From NCBI GenBank assembly GCA_047967505.1, contig CM106538.1: a stretch of DNA of 64,000 bases; one strand, 5' to 3'. The translations under genes and the position numbers were made by a program. The notes below the pieces were generated by a model. It saw only the letters and a list, made by a program, of their open reading frames with translations. It had not been told where the DNA came from and made no database searches. The DNA is from Dipteris shenzhenensis. Taxonomy: Eukaryota. This document shows positions 1 to 12,203 of this stretch, piece by piece (the first letter of the stretch is position 1; every line of letters begins with the position of its first letter).

Positions 1-123
1 CCCCATTCCGGGGCAACGAATTCAACCGAATCATCCGGGAGGATCTTCTACAACTACAAACATTCAGGACCTGGCTAGCACAGGCAGAGCTCCCTGTGAA
101 GCTCAGTTTCTATCGGGACCACT
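1..123 (+). mobile_element. RTE-clade LINE fragment (C-terminal coding part), cut by the window edge
   Basis: Clear nucleotide similarity to the RTE copy at ~35370-35470 (atccgggaggatcttctacaactac...gaactcc/gagctccctgtgaagct). Confidence 0.6.
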
Positions 124-139
124 AGTTGCACATTTCAAC

Positions 140-425
140 AGTCTTAAAGAGAGCTTCGCACTGATATATGTTTCGTAAGAAACAGAGAAGCGGCCAAAAA
201 GTTATGGACAGTTTACTAGACGGGGGTAAAATTGTCATGAAAACATACTGCCAGACACAGAGACTCATAACTTTTAGCAGCAATATCTGATTCAAGATCT
301 GATCACATAGGAACATGCGCCTTAAAGAGAGCTTCACGCTGATATAATTTCATCAAAATCGGACTACCGGGCAGAAAGTTATGAGCAAAACACTAACAGG
401 GGGTCAAACTATCATGAAAACTGCC
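140..425. repeat. Diverged tandem repeat, ~181-bp period, about 1.6 copies
   Basis: cttaaagagagcttc...ctgatata at 140 and 321, each followed by aaagttatg...gggggt(a/c)aaa..tcatgaaaac. Confidence 0.6.
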
Positions 426-1263
426 CTCCACCCATGCTAATTTCGCCTGAGCACGATGCTCCCTCAAGACTCCACCTTCATCAATGATCCACCCCTCATA
501 GATTTCGCCTAGAAGAGGGGAAGAAGTTTGCATGGTGGCTCGGGAAACAGATGGACCATGTGTGCACAGTGAGTGGCCCAATAGAAAGAACTTTTAAGGC
601 TTTGAAATAAAGAAAAGGGAAGAGACACTCAAGAGAGAGAACTCGAAGTGACCCTCATTACCAATAGAGTCAGAATCCACTCCAATGCAACTCAAAACAC
701 TACAAACACAAAGAAGAAGAAGAGGTTTCATATATACAAGAGGGAGCGGAAGCTCCAAGACTAGTCATAGAGAGAGAATAAACTAGAGAGAGATGGACTC
801 AAGAGTCTACATGAGAGAATATCTACAAGAGGGAGAGAAGGCTCATGGAAGGGACTTCAGGAGACTAGAGCTACGGCAACATGAGGCCTAATGGTGGAAG
901 AGATTGATGAACAAGGGAGAGGAGGGCTCCTTTTATAGAGATTTTGTTACCCTCCTTCACCTATTTACAATTGCTGCCTGTAGATTCTTTTTCCCATCAA
1001 TCACATAAGCCCGTATGTCACCATCCATGTCCTTTTTGGCTACTCTTGCCATATGTCCCATCACAAGATGCTCAAGACTCTTAAAATATTGAGAAAGTCA
1101 AGAGTCTCCCCACATGGAGTCCATAGGGACCCTCTCTTTTCCACATGTCCACATCCTCCTTATTCCACATAGGAATTCTAGAAGGATTCCTCTTGACTTC
1201 ACACTCCTCCACATGCCTTCCACACGCTTAGCATGTGGCCTCTCTTATATTATTGGAATACAT

Positions 1264-1545
1264 GGACACGAGCCCACCTCTTTATATGACTCACTCTTCC
1301 TATTTTCTAAAAACTCCATAATATCCCATACACAAATAACTCTCACCCCATACCAAGGTATTTATAATTCATACCTATGGTATTTACAATGAGCCATTCC
1401 ACTCATCCTCTCAATCCCATACAATATCATAGAAAATAGGAATAAGTGAGAGACACTAGGCTATCACTTGATACTCAAACTCTTATCAAACATAGAGAAA
1501 AACAATACCAATGCCAAATTAAAAATATCAATTTTTGGCGTCACA
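1264..1545 (-). repeat. 3' LTR segment of the Tat-like element, shared with 7319-7600
   Basis: Near-identical to 7319-7600 and ends ...ggcgtcaca (TGTGA on minus). A TATA-like ctataaaagg on minus at ~929-938 suggests the LTR continues leftward. Confidence 0.85.
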
Positions 1546-1558
1546 TCTTTCCCCCCCC
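1546..1558 (-). promoter_or_regulatory. Polypurine tract
   Basis: GGGGGGGGAAAGA on the minus strand directly abutting the LTR TG. Confidence 0.85.
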
Positions 1559-1597
1559 AGCAGATCCTCTCTTGTAACAGAGAGGGTCTGCTGGCCC

Positions 1598-2860
1598 TTA
1601 AGGTGGTCGAGCATAGAAGAATTTAAGGCAATACTCATTGGTGCGTCCGGGTATCACCATGCCATCAACATCCTCAAGCTGATAGGTTCCATTCGTGAAC
1701 TTCTTTTTGACTCGATATGGTCCCTCCCATCGACCGATAAACTTTTTGTCTAGCCGCTTGTCCAGACGGCTATCAAATCTCATTACCAAATCTCCTTTTG
1801 CAATATCTTTCTTCTTCCGTAATTTGGTGTTAAAACGGGCCTTGCGCCTTTTTTAAGAAGATTCTAAGTTTTGTAAGGCCTGTAATCTACATTCATCCAA
1901 GGCTTCTAGCTGTACCAAGCGTTGAGCATAGGCATCCTCCTGTCCTTCTATTCTTGTAACAGCAATGCGAAGACTATGTATCTCCAATTCAATGGGTAAA
2001 ATGGCTTCTATTCCATACACTAGTTGGAATGGTGTAAACCCAATAGCTAGCTTGTGTGTGGTTCTGTAAGCCCATAAAAATTCTGCCAAGTGCCTATCCC
2101 AATGCCTTTTCTTGGTGTCTACAAGCTTTCCCATTGAATTGCACAACAATCCATTTGTTTTCTCAGCCAAGCCATTACATTGGGGATAGTATGGCGTGGA
2201 CATGCTATGATTTATCTTTAGCTTATGCACCACATCTTCAATTAGCTCATTTCTAAAAGAGGTTCCTCCATCAGTGAGAATTTCCAAAGGATAACCAAAG
2301 CGTCAACAAATTTGATCAAAGAGAAATTTTACAACTGTGCTTGCCTTGCTATTGACTGTGGCCTTGGCCTCTGCCCACCGAGTCGCATAATCTGTGGCCA
2401 CCAATAAATAATGCTTGCCTTGAGATGAGCGAGGGAGTGGTCCCACAAAGTCCAAGCCCCACCTCTCAAATGGTTCATATGCTGGAATAGGCTTTAAGGG
2501 CCCAGGAATCAACTATCGCCTTCCAAACTTTTGGCATACTTTACAACTTCGACACCATTCATATACATCCTTATGGAGGCGTGGCCAAAAGTAACCTACA
2601 TTAAGAATTCTCCTAGTTGTGCTTGCTGAAGCAAAATGACCAGAGCATTCATGACACATTTCTATGATTCTCCTAGTCTCCATGGGATGAACCACCCGAC
2701 GGAGTACCTTGTCTTTTCCCAATTTATAAAGAATGTCATCAACAATAGTATAGGGACAAGCCTTCCTTACCAATCTCTACTTCTGTTGTGGAGTTAACCC
2801 TCGAGGAAACATGCCTTCTTCCACATATTGCTAAACATCTTGCAGTTCTGGCTATCCAGT
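1598..2860 (-). pseudogene. Integrase (HHCC, DDE core, GPY/F motif), with premature stops
   Basis: CHECSGH...CRSCKVCQ; WGLDFVGPLP; ILTDGGTSF; STPYYPQCNGLAEKTN; WEGPYRV. Confidence 0.92.
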
Positions 2861-2862
2861 GT

Positions 2863-3300
2863 CTACCAAAGAAACCACCCCCGGTCTTGTACTACAATGG
2901 CTTGAGTAGCTAACTCATATGCCCTTTGATTTTCTTTTCTGTTTATATGAACAAACTTGCAAAAATCAAATTGACTACATAGTGCCATAGCCTTTTGATT
3001 AAGCTCCTTCAAATGAGGACTTCTTGTCATGTAATACCCTTGCATTTGCTTTATAATAAGCTGAGAATCTCCTCTTACTTCCAATTCTTTAACTTGACTT
3101 TGAAGACAACCCTCCAAACCAAGAATCAAATCATTATACTCAGCTGCATTGTTAGTTGTGATACTTGGAAGCTCTTGTCCTCTTGCCCATACTTCTTGAC
3201 CTTTAGAATTCATAAATACCATCCCCGCGGCTCCTTGTTGGCGTGAAGGACTAAAAGCCCCATCAAAATACAAAACAAAAGCTGTTAGTGGTATATCTCT
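2863..3300 (-). pseudogene. Additional archaeal-type RNase H (aRH) domain
   Basis: LYFDGAFS..GAAG, TNNAAEY, VRGDSQLII.QM.G, FVHINRKENQRA.ELA motifs of RNase HI type, located between the retroviral RH and the integrase. Confidence 0.88.
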
Positions 3301-3338
3301 TTCATCTTTAATGTTCTCCTTACATTTCTTTTCTTCTC

Positions 3339-5576
3339 CTAGATCCTCCCGTCCTGTGAGCAAATCTGCCATAGTGGACCTAGTGGTATTTTCAGTGACA
3401 AAAGAGAAAGAGAACTCTTGAAGCTCTGACAACCATTTTGCAAATCTCCCCCCAAGATTAGGCTTACTAGATATGCTAATACAGACTGAGAGGTAAGGAA
3501 GAAAAATGATCGAGGTAATAAATAGGAGCGAAACTTTCTGACTAAAAACACCGAAGAGAGAGCTTGCTGCTCCATTTCTTCATACCTTGTTTCCACATCT
3601 GTAAGCTGTCGGCTGGCATAATAGATGGGTTGCATTCTACCTGCCTCTCCTTTTTGTAGCAATACAGCACCAACTGAATGCAAAGATACACTTGGATTAA
3701 CATAAAAGTCTTGAGACCAATCAGGGGGCTTCAATATTGGGCCCTTACTCATGGCCTCCTTAAGTTACTGGAAAGACTCTTGTTGCTCCACACCCCATTG
3801 GAAAGAAACTCCTTTTCTTGTCAACAAGTTCATGGGATGCACTATCTCTGTGAAATCATCACAAAAGCATTGATAATACTTGCTCTTTCCTAGAATTCTG
3901 CGAACACCATTGACACTCTCAAGACTTGGCAATGCCATGATTGCTTGAACCTTGTCAGGATCCATTTGCAGGCCTTCTTCAGACACAATATGCCCCAACA
4001 AGACTACTTTTATCTGAGCCAAATGACACTTGCTAGGATTTAGACACCCTTTTGCTTCATCAATCCTAGCTAAGGCCATCTTTAACTTCTCCATGTGATC
4101 TATGCGCCGATAATAAATGCAAAAATCATCCAAAAACACCCTTATGAACTTTCCCAAGTAAGGCTCCAGGACTTGACTTATGAACCTTTGAAATGTAGCT
4201 GGTGCATTGGTCAACCCAAAAGGCATCACTCTGTAAGCAAAAACTCCCCAAGGTGTGACAAATGATGTTTTCTTTTGATCTTCCTCCCGAATACGAATTT
4301 GAAAGTACCCAGAATATCCATCACATACAGAATACATCTCATGCCCTGCTACTTGGTCTAGTATTTCATCTTAGAATGGCAAAGGAAAATGATCCCTCTT
4401 AGTGCATGCATTCAAAGGACGAAAGTCCACACAAACCCGCCACTTATTTCCTTTCTTTGGTGTGACAACTACAGGAGATATCCATTCTGAATCATCAGCA
4501 GGAAAGATGAATCCCGCCTCAAGTAGTTGTGTTACCTCTTTCTTTAGTGCCTCAGCTTGGATCACCCCCAATCGCCTTAAGCGTTGCACAACTGGCTTGC
4601 TTTCTGGTTTCAACTCAATCTTGTGCTCCACAAGAGAGACTGGTCGAACCTGTGAATAGCTTGTTGCAAAGAGACATGGAAAATCATCTAACATATCCAA
4701 GTACTAAAGCTTCTCACTACCTGATAGAGAATCACCAAGAAGCTCTTCATTGCGTTGGCGTCGTTTAGTGTGCTCCACATCCTCCACATGAAGTGTCTCT
4801 ACAGGATCTTCTTGCACCACCACCTTGTTCCTTCCTGACTCATCCCGATCAGCACCAAGACAAAGACCAAAGGCCACTCCTTCCACCTCACCCTCTGAGT
4901 TGGACTCCTCGGAGCTACATCCTGTCTCTTCTTCTTCATTGGTTAAGTCAGAGCTTGAACTCTCTGATGTTGAAGACTCCTCCTTGACAACTTCCTTTTT
5001 GCGACTTCTGATGTTGTAGCGCACCTTCTTATCATTTCCCTGCAAAACCAATTCTCCAGTATCCCACTTTTGAACAGCCTTCACCTTGCGTAGCCAAGGC
5101 CTTCCCAAAATCAATGGATAGGCACGTGTATCTAGCTTGGTAGGGATCACCTGAAAAGTAGTTGGCACAGAAATTCCACATACATCCACTTCTAGATTCT
5201 TCACAACTCCCAAGGTCTTAACCCTAGTGTTGTCAACCAATTTGATGCGATAAGGAGAGGTAGTACTAGAGTATTTTAAATCAGCATCTATCATGGTCTT
5301 CTCACTCATGACATTAATCGATGCACCTCCATCAATGTACACGTTAGAAATCACTTGACCATCAATGATCACATCAACCACAGGTACATCATCACCAACA
5401 TCTATATCTACCTTTTGAACAACAGGAATGACACTTTTCTTCTTTTCTTCTTTGACATTCTTATGCTTGCTAGCTTTCCCATTCCTTCCATAGTTTTGGA
5501 GACAAAGCAAGTAATTGACCAAAGGTGATATGAGCTTCCTTTCCTTTAAGGTTGGACAACAAGTCATAGCTTCCAA
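3339..5576 (-). pseudogene. Aspartic protease, reverse transcriptase and retroviral RNase H
   Basis: YIDGGAS..ILGRPWL (protease); WRVCVDFRPLN, MPFGLTNAPATFQ, FLDDF (RT); GAVLLQ..PIYYASRQL (RH). Interrupted by stops and frameshifts. Confidence 0.92.
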
Positions 5577-6582
5577 TTCCTTGTACTAAACGAAAGTCTA
5601 ACTGGCTAATTCTCCTTCTAGATGCCTTCTTTTTCTTACTACGGTGTTCCTCTCCCTGATGTTCCTCATCTACTTCTTCCTTGCTTTCTTCTTCTTCTTT
5701 TGCTTTACCATGCCCATGTTTAGCCATCATTATCTCTCTTTTCTCATCCCTTGAAGAAGCTTCTAATAAGGATACTTGTTTTTCTTCTTTCTTTCTCAAT
5801 CTAGGACACTCGGGGCGATAGTGACCTTTTTCATTACATTCATAGCAAGTGACCCCACTCTTATCTCGAGGCCTATCTTCACTCTTTGGTGCTCTAGGTT
5901 GTCGTGCATTAACCAAATGCAATTTCAAATCAGCAAACTCTGCCATCAATTGGGATATATTATGATCTAACTCAGAGGACTTTGGTACCTGAGGAGTGCC
6001 CATTATCTCCACCTTAGAAGTTGAAGCTGTTGAAGACACAAAAGAGGATTCGATCTTTAGAGAAGCTTCTTTCTTGGTTGCAATGCGAAGTGCCTCCATG
6101 TATGTTGTTGGATCTTTACTCATTACTTTTGAGCGAAGACGAGGCTCCAAAGCCATAACAAATTTGCTCATCTTTAAGTGCTCCATCCCTGAGAGACTTT
6201 GAGGGACTGATGATGCAGATGCCATAGCTCGCAAAGCTGCCCTTTCATACTTTGTCCATAAAGTTTCATATCGGATTGCCAACACAGAGACCATCTCACC
6301 CTCTCCTTCATAGAACCGGTCCAACTACAACATCAAAGCATTTTGCGACTCCACTGCCCCAAATCTCTGCTTCATTGCTGCCACCACTTGGTCCCAGTCC
6401 TCCTTAGTAGAGTCCGGCAAGGTCTCATGCCAACTCAAGGGTACACCTTCAAGAAAATCAGGCAAAATCTCCGCCCGATCCTTCATGGACCATCCAGAAA
6501 GCCGGCATCCTCGAACAAAATCCCGAAGATAAGACTGCGGGTCTCCCCCTTGGGTCCCTCGAAACATTAGAATCTTCACCAT
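5470..6582 (-). pseudogene. Gag with CCHC zinc knuckle, one in-frame stop
   Basis: ORFs 6325-6627 and 5470-6324 are in one frame; CYECNEKGHYRPEC. Confidence 0.85.
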
Positions 6583-7318
6583 GATGAAACACAAAAAGGA
6601 AACACCAAGATCCAAATAATATACCAAACAAGATCCAAATAAGATCCCACAGAGCCTTAGTATACCAAGACCAACTTATTATGCATAACCACTTGTTGTA
6701 AACCCTCCACAATGTGATCCTCAACAAAATCTTCAAAAATAAGTGACCAACCAGCACCATGAAAACATTGTGTATACATGCATTCCAGAATCACCCTTCT
6801 CACAATAGGAAGTGCACATAAAAGCTTCAAGATATTGTTCTCTTCATCATTTGCATAGCAAAAGAAGTTGAAAGCATTAAGAATCATCACTCCACTGTTA
6901 TAGTCGAAAACTACCCAAAGACTCAACTCTTCTTCACACCAAGCTGCCAGTGCATGGAACAATCCCCAATCTATCATTGTGCCTGCTGCCAGCGTTGTTG
7001 ATTCACAAGCATATTCAACAGTGCAAACATAAAGGATATGATCATGGTGACTGTGCGAATAGCTTGAGCATCACCTTCACAATCTTCAAGTTCTCTTAAA
7101 CGGACTGCAATCTCTTCTAACGGAGTTCTTCCAGGCATTTTCTTTATCTCATCAGTACACCCGAGACCGTTTAGTAAGGTGGGATGAATCCAATACCAAA
7201 CGTACCCGGCGTCTCCACCAAAAGATGTAACATGAAGTTGGGGGTAATAAACTTCACGCACCTCTTCACTTCCTGCTGCTTTCGAACTGACTGACAAAGA
7301 TATTTATCATTGAGAAAA

Positions 7319-7600
7319 GGACATGAGCCCACCTCTTTATATGACTCACTCTTCCTATTTTCTAAAAACTCCATAATATCCCATACACAAATAACTCTCA
7401 CCCCATACCAAGGTATTTATAATTCATACCTATGGTATTTACAATGAGCCATTCCACTCATCCTCTCAATCCCATACAATATCATAGAAAATAGAAATAA
7501 GTGAGAGCCGCTAGGCTATCACTTGATACTCAAACTCTTATCAAACATAGAGAAAAACAATACCAATGCCAAATTACAAATATCAAATTTTGGCGTCACA
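7319..7600 (-). repeat. Truncated 5' LTR of the Tat-like element
   Basis: Matches 1264-1545; no primer-binding site (PBS) follows it. Confidence 0.85.
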
Positions 7601-8650
7601 TGCAGTGGGAAAAGATGCAAAATGGAGCCTGATGCGCATCGAATGGGCAAATCCCAAATCAAGATCCAGAGTAGATGGCACGGGCTGCGTCATATCCCAC
7701 AAAATGCAAAGACGAACATCACGGGGGGCTTGCAAGAACCCCTGTCTCGGAACATGAAGAGGTCTTCCCAAAAAAGCTGCAAGAGTTGGAAGATGCTGAA
7801 GAAGAGGCACAGGCAGCGCTTTGAGAGTAATCCAAACCGGACAGTGAGTCAGAAGGGTTGCAAAAGGATCGAAAAGTGGATCCCAGGGCATGACATAAGC
7901 GAAGAAACCAGCCCCAGGAACACTAGCATGACTAACAAGGCGCTCTACCACCTCAGTCGAAGAGCAGTGGGCATAGTAAAATCCTTTGCCCAGAAAGACA
8001 AAGGAAGAAATACAATCCAGACCCACTGCAACATGAGCCGAATGACAAAGCTGAGCTGAAGATAAAACCCTGCCCATGAAATAGAGACAGACTCCAAATT
8101 GCTGAGCCTGTCGAAGACCAGAGACCAAAAGGGCAGAATCCAAGGAACAAACAAGCGGGAAACTCGACGAAGGAACTTCTATGACAGAGGCAGAGTACAA
8201 TTGGTGAAGAAGATCCAGCTGGAGGGAAGAAGAAGGGCCATCGGAAACATCCAGCTTTGCCGATTTGATCAAAGGTGAGGCAGACAAACCACCATGCTTC
8301 CGCCGAAGAAAAACACGAGGAGGAGCAGAGGCAAAAGGAGACGCAGAGACAGAGAAAACAAAAGAGGAGGAAGGAAGCTGCGCAGTTGACCGTACAAGCT
8401 ATACGGTCGATCGTACAGCATGTACGGATGGCCTAGTAGGCACGAAAGGCCGTACGAGGAGGTGCAAGGAACATGGGAGCTGTACAGGAAACTGTATGAG
8501 GGGCTGTACGGGGGGCAACAAGCTGCACGAAAGTCGTACGGAAGGCCGTATAGCTGACGGCAGCTGTACGGAAAGCGAGGTAGGTGGCAGGGACGTCAAG
8601 GGTGGCTGTACGGATGGAAACGAGGCTGGCAGGGAGGAGGAGGTCTCCAT
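7601..8650 (-). mobile_element. 5' part of an L1 LINE (5' UTR plus DUF4283-like ORF1), interrupted by the Tat-like element
   Basis: ORF 7583-8287 parallels ORF1 at 26334-27548 (GFY, MPW, HCPVW, CILWD..P.P) and is cut at 'FPTAC', just before the zinc knuckle. Confidence 0.8.
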
Positions 8651-8683
8651 CCTCTCTCTCACACACACACACACTACACACTC

Positions 8684-9434
8684 TCTTTTTTTTTTTTTTG
8701 GTGAAATCTTTGATTGATTATATTATATGAGTAGCAACCTCAAAAAAAGGTGCTACAATTACATCAACTAAAAATTTCAGTATATGCCAAAAAGACCTCA
8801 TGCTCTATGCAGCGGGTCTGCAAGCAATCAAAGAAAGATTGCTGCAGAGAACGCCTAAAAAAGCCAAACAGAGAGAAAGTAGGATCACCAAAGACTTTAC
8901 AATTCCTATATGTCCATAAAGTCCGTAGTGCCCAGCAGCGAACCCAGACGAAGAAAAGATGAAACTCCGGTCTGGATGGATGAAACTCGAATAGCCAAAA
9001 GAACTTCCCAAATGGAACAGATGGGAATCTCGCTCGCAGATGCTGTCGAAGCAGATCAAAAACTCACGAGAGCACAGACAATGCCAAAACAAGTGAGGCA
9101 CGAAGAAGCAGAACATCTATGGCAAAGTGCAGGAGCAATGTGTCGATGAGCTAATAGCTGTTCAGATGGAAACACTCCCAAAAGAACTCGCCAAAAGAAA
9201 ACCTGTTGCCGAAGCGGTACTTTATAGGCCCAAAGTTGCTGTAATCTTTTCCTCCACCACTTGGCTGGGCGATGCATTCGCCAAACAGAATCACCTCTCT
9301 CTGAAACCCAAGGTTGAGGCAAAAGGATTTTATACAATGTAGGTACAGTAATCTGAGATAGCCTCAAAGGACGAGAAGAGGACCCTGGAGAAGTCAAAGT
9401 ACAATCTTCCAGTCGGTCCTGGAGTTCCAAAGGT
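8684..9434 (-). mobile_element. 5'-truncated L1 (zf-RVT region plus 3' end) with poly(A) and 15-bp target-site duplication (TSD)
   Basis: LWAYKVPLRQQVFFWRVLLG..CHRC; T-run at 8686-8699; TSD acacactacacactc at 8669-8683 and 9435-9449. Confidence 0.85.
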
Positions 9435-9446
9435 ACACACTACACA

Positions 9447-9448
<2 letters not shown>

Positions 9449-9490
<42 letters not shown>
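9449..9490. repeat. (CA)n microsatellite
   Basis: Read directly from the sequence. Confidence 0.95.
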
Positions 9491-9492
<2 letters not shown>

Positions 9493-9499
9493 AATTAGC

Positions 9500-9642
9500 T
9501 CAGAAAATAGTCACAACATAGACAACTTTATAGAGATTTCTTCATTAGATGTAATTGATCACTATTTAGTTTAATATTGGTCACCACCAGTCCCATAGAT
9601 CCTAAAGGGTATCTAGAGGACTTTAATACAATCATATCATAG
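9500..9642 (+). mobile_element. Short 3'-terminal remnant of an RTE LINE with (ATCAT) tail
   Basis: Similar to the RTE 3' end at 32520-32630, including gtcccatagatc...ggactttaatacaatcat. Confidence 0.6.
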
Positions 9643-9819
9643 CAATATCTCTCTCACTCATGGGATGCTTTCCAAGTCAAGGATGTCAAAAGTAATGAGA
9701 GATGCCATCAAGAAGATCATGGAAATCAACAATACTTCCCATTTTTTCCACTTCGTGGAGGAAGGCCTCATATTGATCAAGGATGCAATGCTAATATGCC
9801 TCAAAGGCACAATTTCCTT

Positions 9820-10970
9820 TGGGCAGGATCGGACGACACATGAAATTCCCGGGCCAGGTTTGCTTGGAAGACATTGGTTCTCCCCTAGACAGAGGGAGGC
9901 TTGGGTAGCATTGATCCAGAGATCTTTGGGCAGGCTCAGATGACCCATCAAATACCTGGGCCGGAAGACATTGGTTCCCCCAAGACAGAGGGAGACCTAG
10001 GTAGCATTGGTCCAACGATGCAGAGCTGAGCCATTTTGCAGAAGCTTATTGTCAAGGGTCTAGCTCCATGCCCTGATCCTTGGAAGCTCTTGCTTTGATA
10101 GGGGCTCCCAAGAAGCATGCCACGCACAAGAGGATAGTGGTAGCAGCCTTAGCAATGGATCTTCATAGTGGTCCCTCTCACAAGGAAGGGATTTGCAACT
10201 GATGCGGAGCTTGATGAGAGTTGGGCAACTTCATCCAAGCCACCTCCCAGAGAAGAGACGAGTTCAAGTGGATTCCCTCACGGAAGCAGAATTTGCTAGA
10301 GTAGCAAGTGTTGCATGAGGTCCTTACTAGGTGTTGGGGCCCACCTTTGGACAAGCTTCCACCTGAGAAAGATCTCCTATCTCTTCTGGCTGGTAGCTCA
10401 CGAAGGGCAGCCAATAGGAACATGGCTGGAGTAGATGAGACTAGCTGGGGCCTGTCATTGTTGTGATGCAGGGGACCTCGAGACGGTAGCTTCATTACTT
10501 GGAATTGTCTAGGGGCTCAAAGGATCTGGCAATGCTCCCTCAAGATGGTGGCCAGGATGTGATTCTCTCTAGCCTATAGGATAGATGGTATGAGCATCAC
10601 TCACTTGGGTACCTAGGACACAGTCCCTCCATCTTGCCAGAGACGTGTGTTGTCTCTAGAGGATGGTGTTTGGGAGAGACAGTGGCCACAATATCTGGGT
10701 AGCATGCTATGGTATAGTGATTGGGCAGCGAGCAGATTTGGCCTACAGCCACTTCGTCAACATATGGGAAGTTATCATTTACATCCTGCAGGCCACATGG
10801 GAGCAGGGCATGGAGGGATCTAGGAAGACTGCTGAAATGTGAGAGCATCTTTGCAAGGCACGGCCTGCATGCCTCTTTTTGGATCAAGGTGTATAACCCC
10901 CCACCCTGGTTGTTGACAACTGTTTCCGGAGGACACTCTAGGCAGTGAGCTGGGGTCCAAAAGTAGGTAG
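9820..10970 (+). mobile_element. Highly degraded L1 ORF2 C-terminal fragment
   Basis: Translates to WKTLVLP*TEGGLGSIDPE..KLIVKGL..WKLLL, homologous to ORF 41549-42385. Contains a local duplication, 9867-9917 / 9963-10013. Confidence 0.65.
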
Positions 10971-12203
10971 CATCGCAAACAGATTTGCCTTTTGATTGTT
11001 CAAGCGTCCCATGGATTGCGATCTGTATCATTTTCACAATTTTCTAATCGAAATTTCTTTTCTTTGGGGGCGAAAAATCATGCTTCCCACAATTGATCAG
11101 CTGTTATGGGGCCCTTGATGAAAATTTACTTTGCAACAACTTCAAATGTTTCAGAAAAACATTCCATTGGACATATTTCTAAGGCCAACCACTCACTACT
11201 TGTAGGCCACAAAAGAAACCTTCAGGCATTATTGGACTAGGAAATAGCCACAAGACCTTCTGATCATATAAAGGAAAAGATAGATGCAGACAATCCCAAT
11301 TCTAACATTGACAGAATACAACCTTCTATGATATCTCAAGGACAGTATCCAATAAAATAGGAGGAAACTAGGGACAGGATGGGGGGCCAAAATGAGGAAA
11401 TCTTCATCCGGCCTTATGATCTCCGTCTCTACTAAAGGTATCATAAGGATGTACCTGTCAACGATCCATGATCCGTGTGCCATCCACACCAGGACGAAAT
11501 ACATTCTGGTGTATCTTTGTCAACACTGCAGCAATACCAGCCATCAAAAAACAATTAACATCTTGACAAGTTGCACTACATACCCACAACAAGACAAGAA
11601 AGTACACCACATGGCACAGATGTTGAAGGGCTTAGATGTTCTGAACTCGATTGCTAAGATTACGAAAATGAAGCATACAGAGATGCACACATTATCCGAC
11701 ATTGTCCAACAGCAGCACATCTAAATGCTTGAACAACAATGTTAAAAGCATGAAAACACTAGGGGTGTCTCTGAGTTCTTATTCATTTTTCTCCCATGGT
11801 TTCTCCATGGCTTCCACTCTTGCACTTCTTGATGCAAGTCTTCACAATTTACTTAATTCCACCAAGCTCCACTGAAAATAACAGTGCAGTAAATTTCTGT
11901 TTCCTCTCAAAGAATCTTGGTCTATACACTGGTTGCAAAATGTGCTACTGACCTTTACACTTGGAAGACATCTCCTAAGAACCCATCCATTTCTACTTCA
12001 TGGTCCTGAAATCCTGAAGCATTTGGTATAAAACAGGCGGCTGACTCATAAAGAGAGCAGCCTTATGAGCACCCAGTAAGCTGGATATTTCTGATCTTAA
12101 TAGATCTTCCACTTCCTCTTGGATAGTGGCTAAAATTCCCTCTCATAGGCATTTTCCTAATATTGCCTTTGGCACTGCTTCCACCCAAGTTTAACATCAT
12201 ATA

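Larger units (their letters stand above)
1264..7600 (-). mobile_element. Ty3/Gypsy LTR retrotransposon, Tat-like (GAG-PR-RT-RH-aRH-INT), degenerate; the 3' LTR probably extends left of 1264
   Basis: Domain order read from the ORF track; 282-bp direct repeat 1264-1545 / 7319-7600 starting TG on the minus strand; polypurine tract (PPT) adjacent to the left copy. Confidence 0.9.

Noticed and set aside
11000-12200. Possible host exon or TE remnant
   Set aside because: No recognisable motif or long frame; left unannotated.
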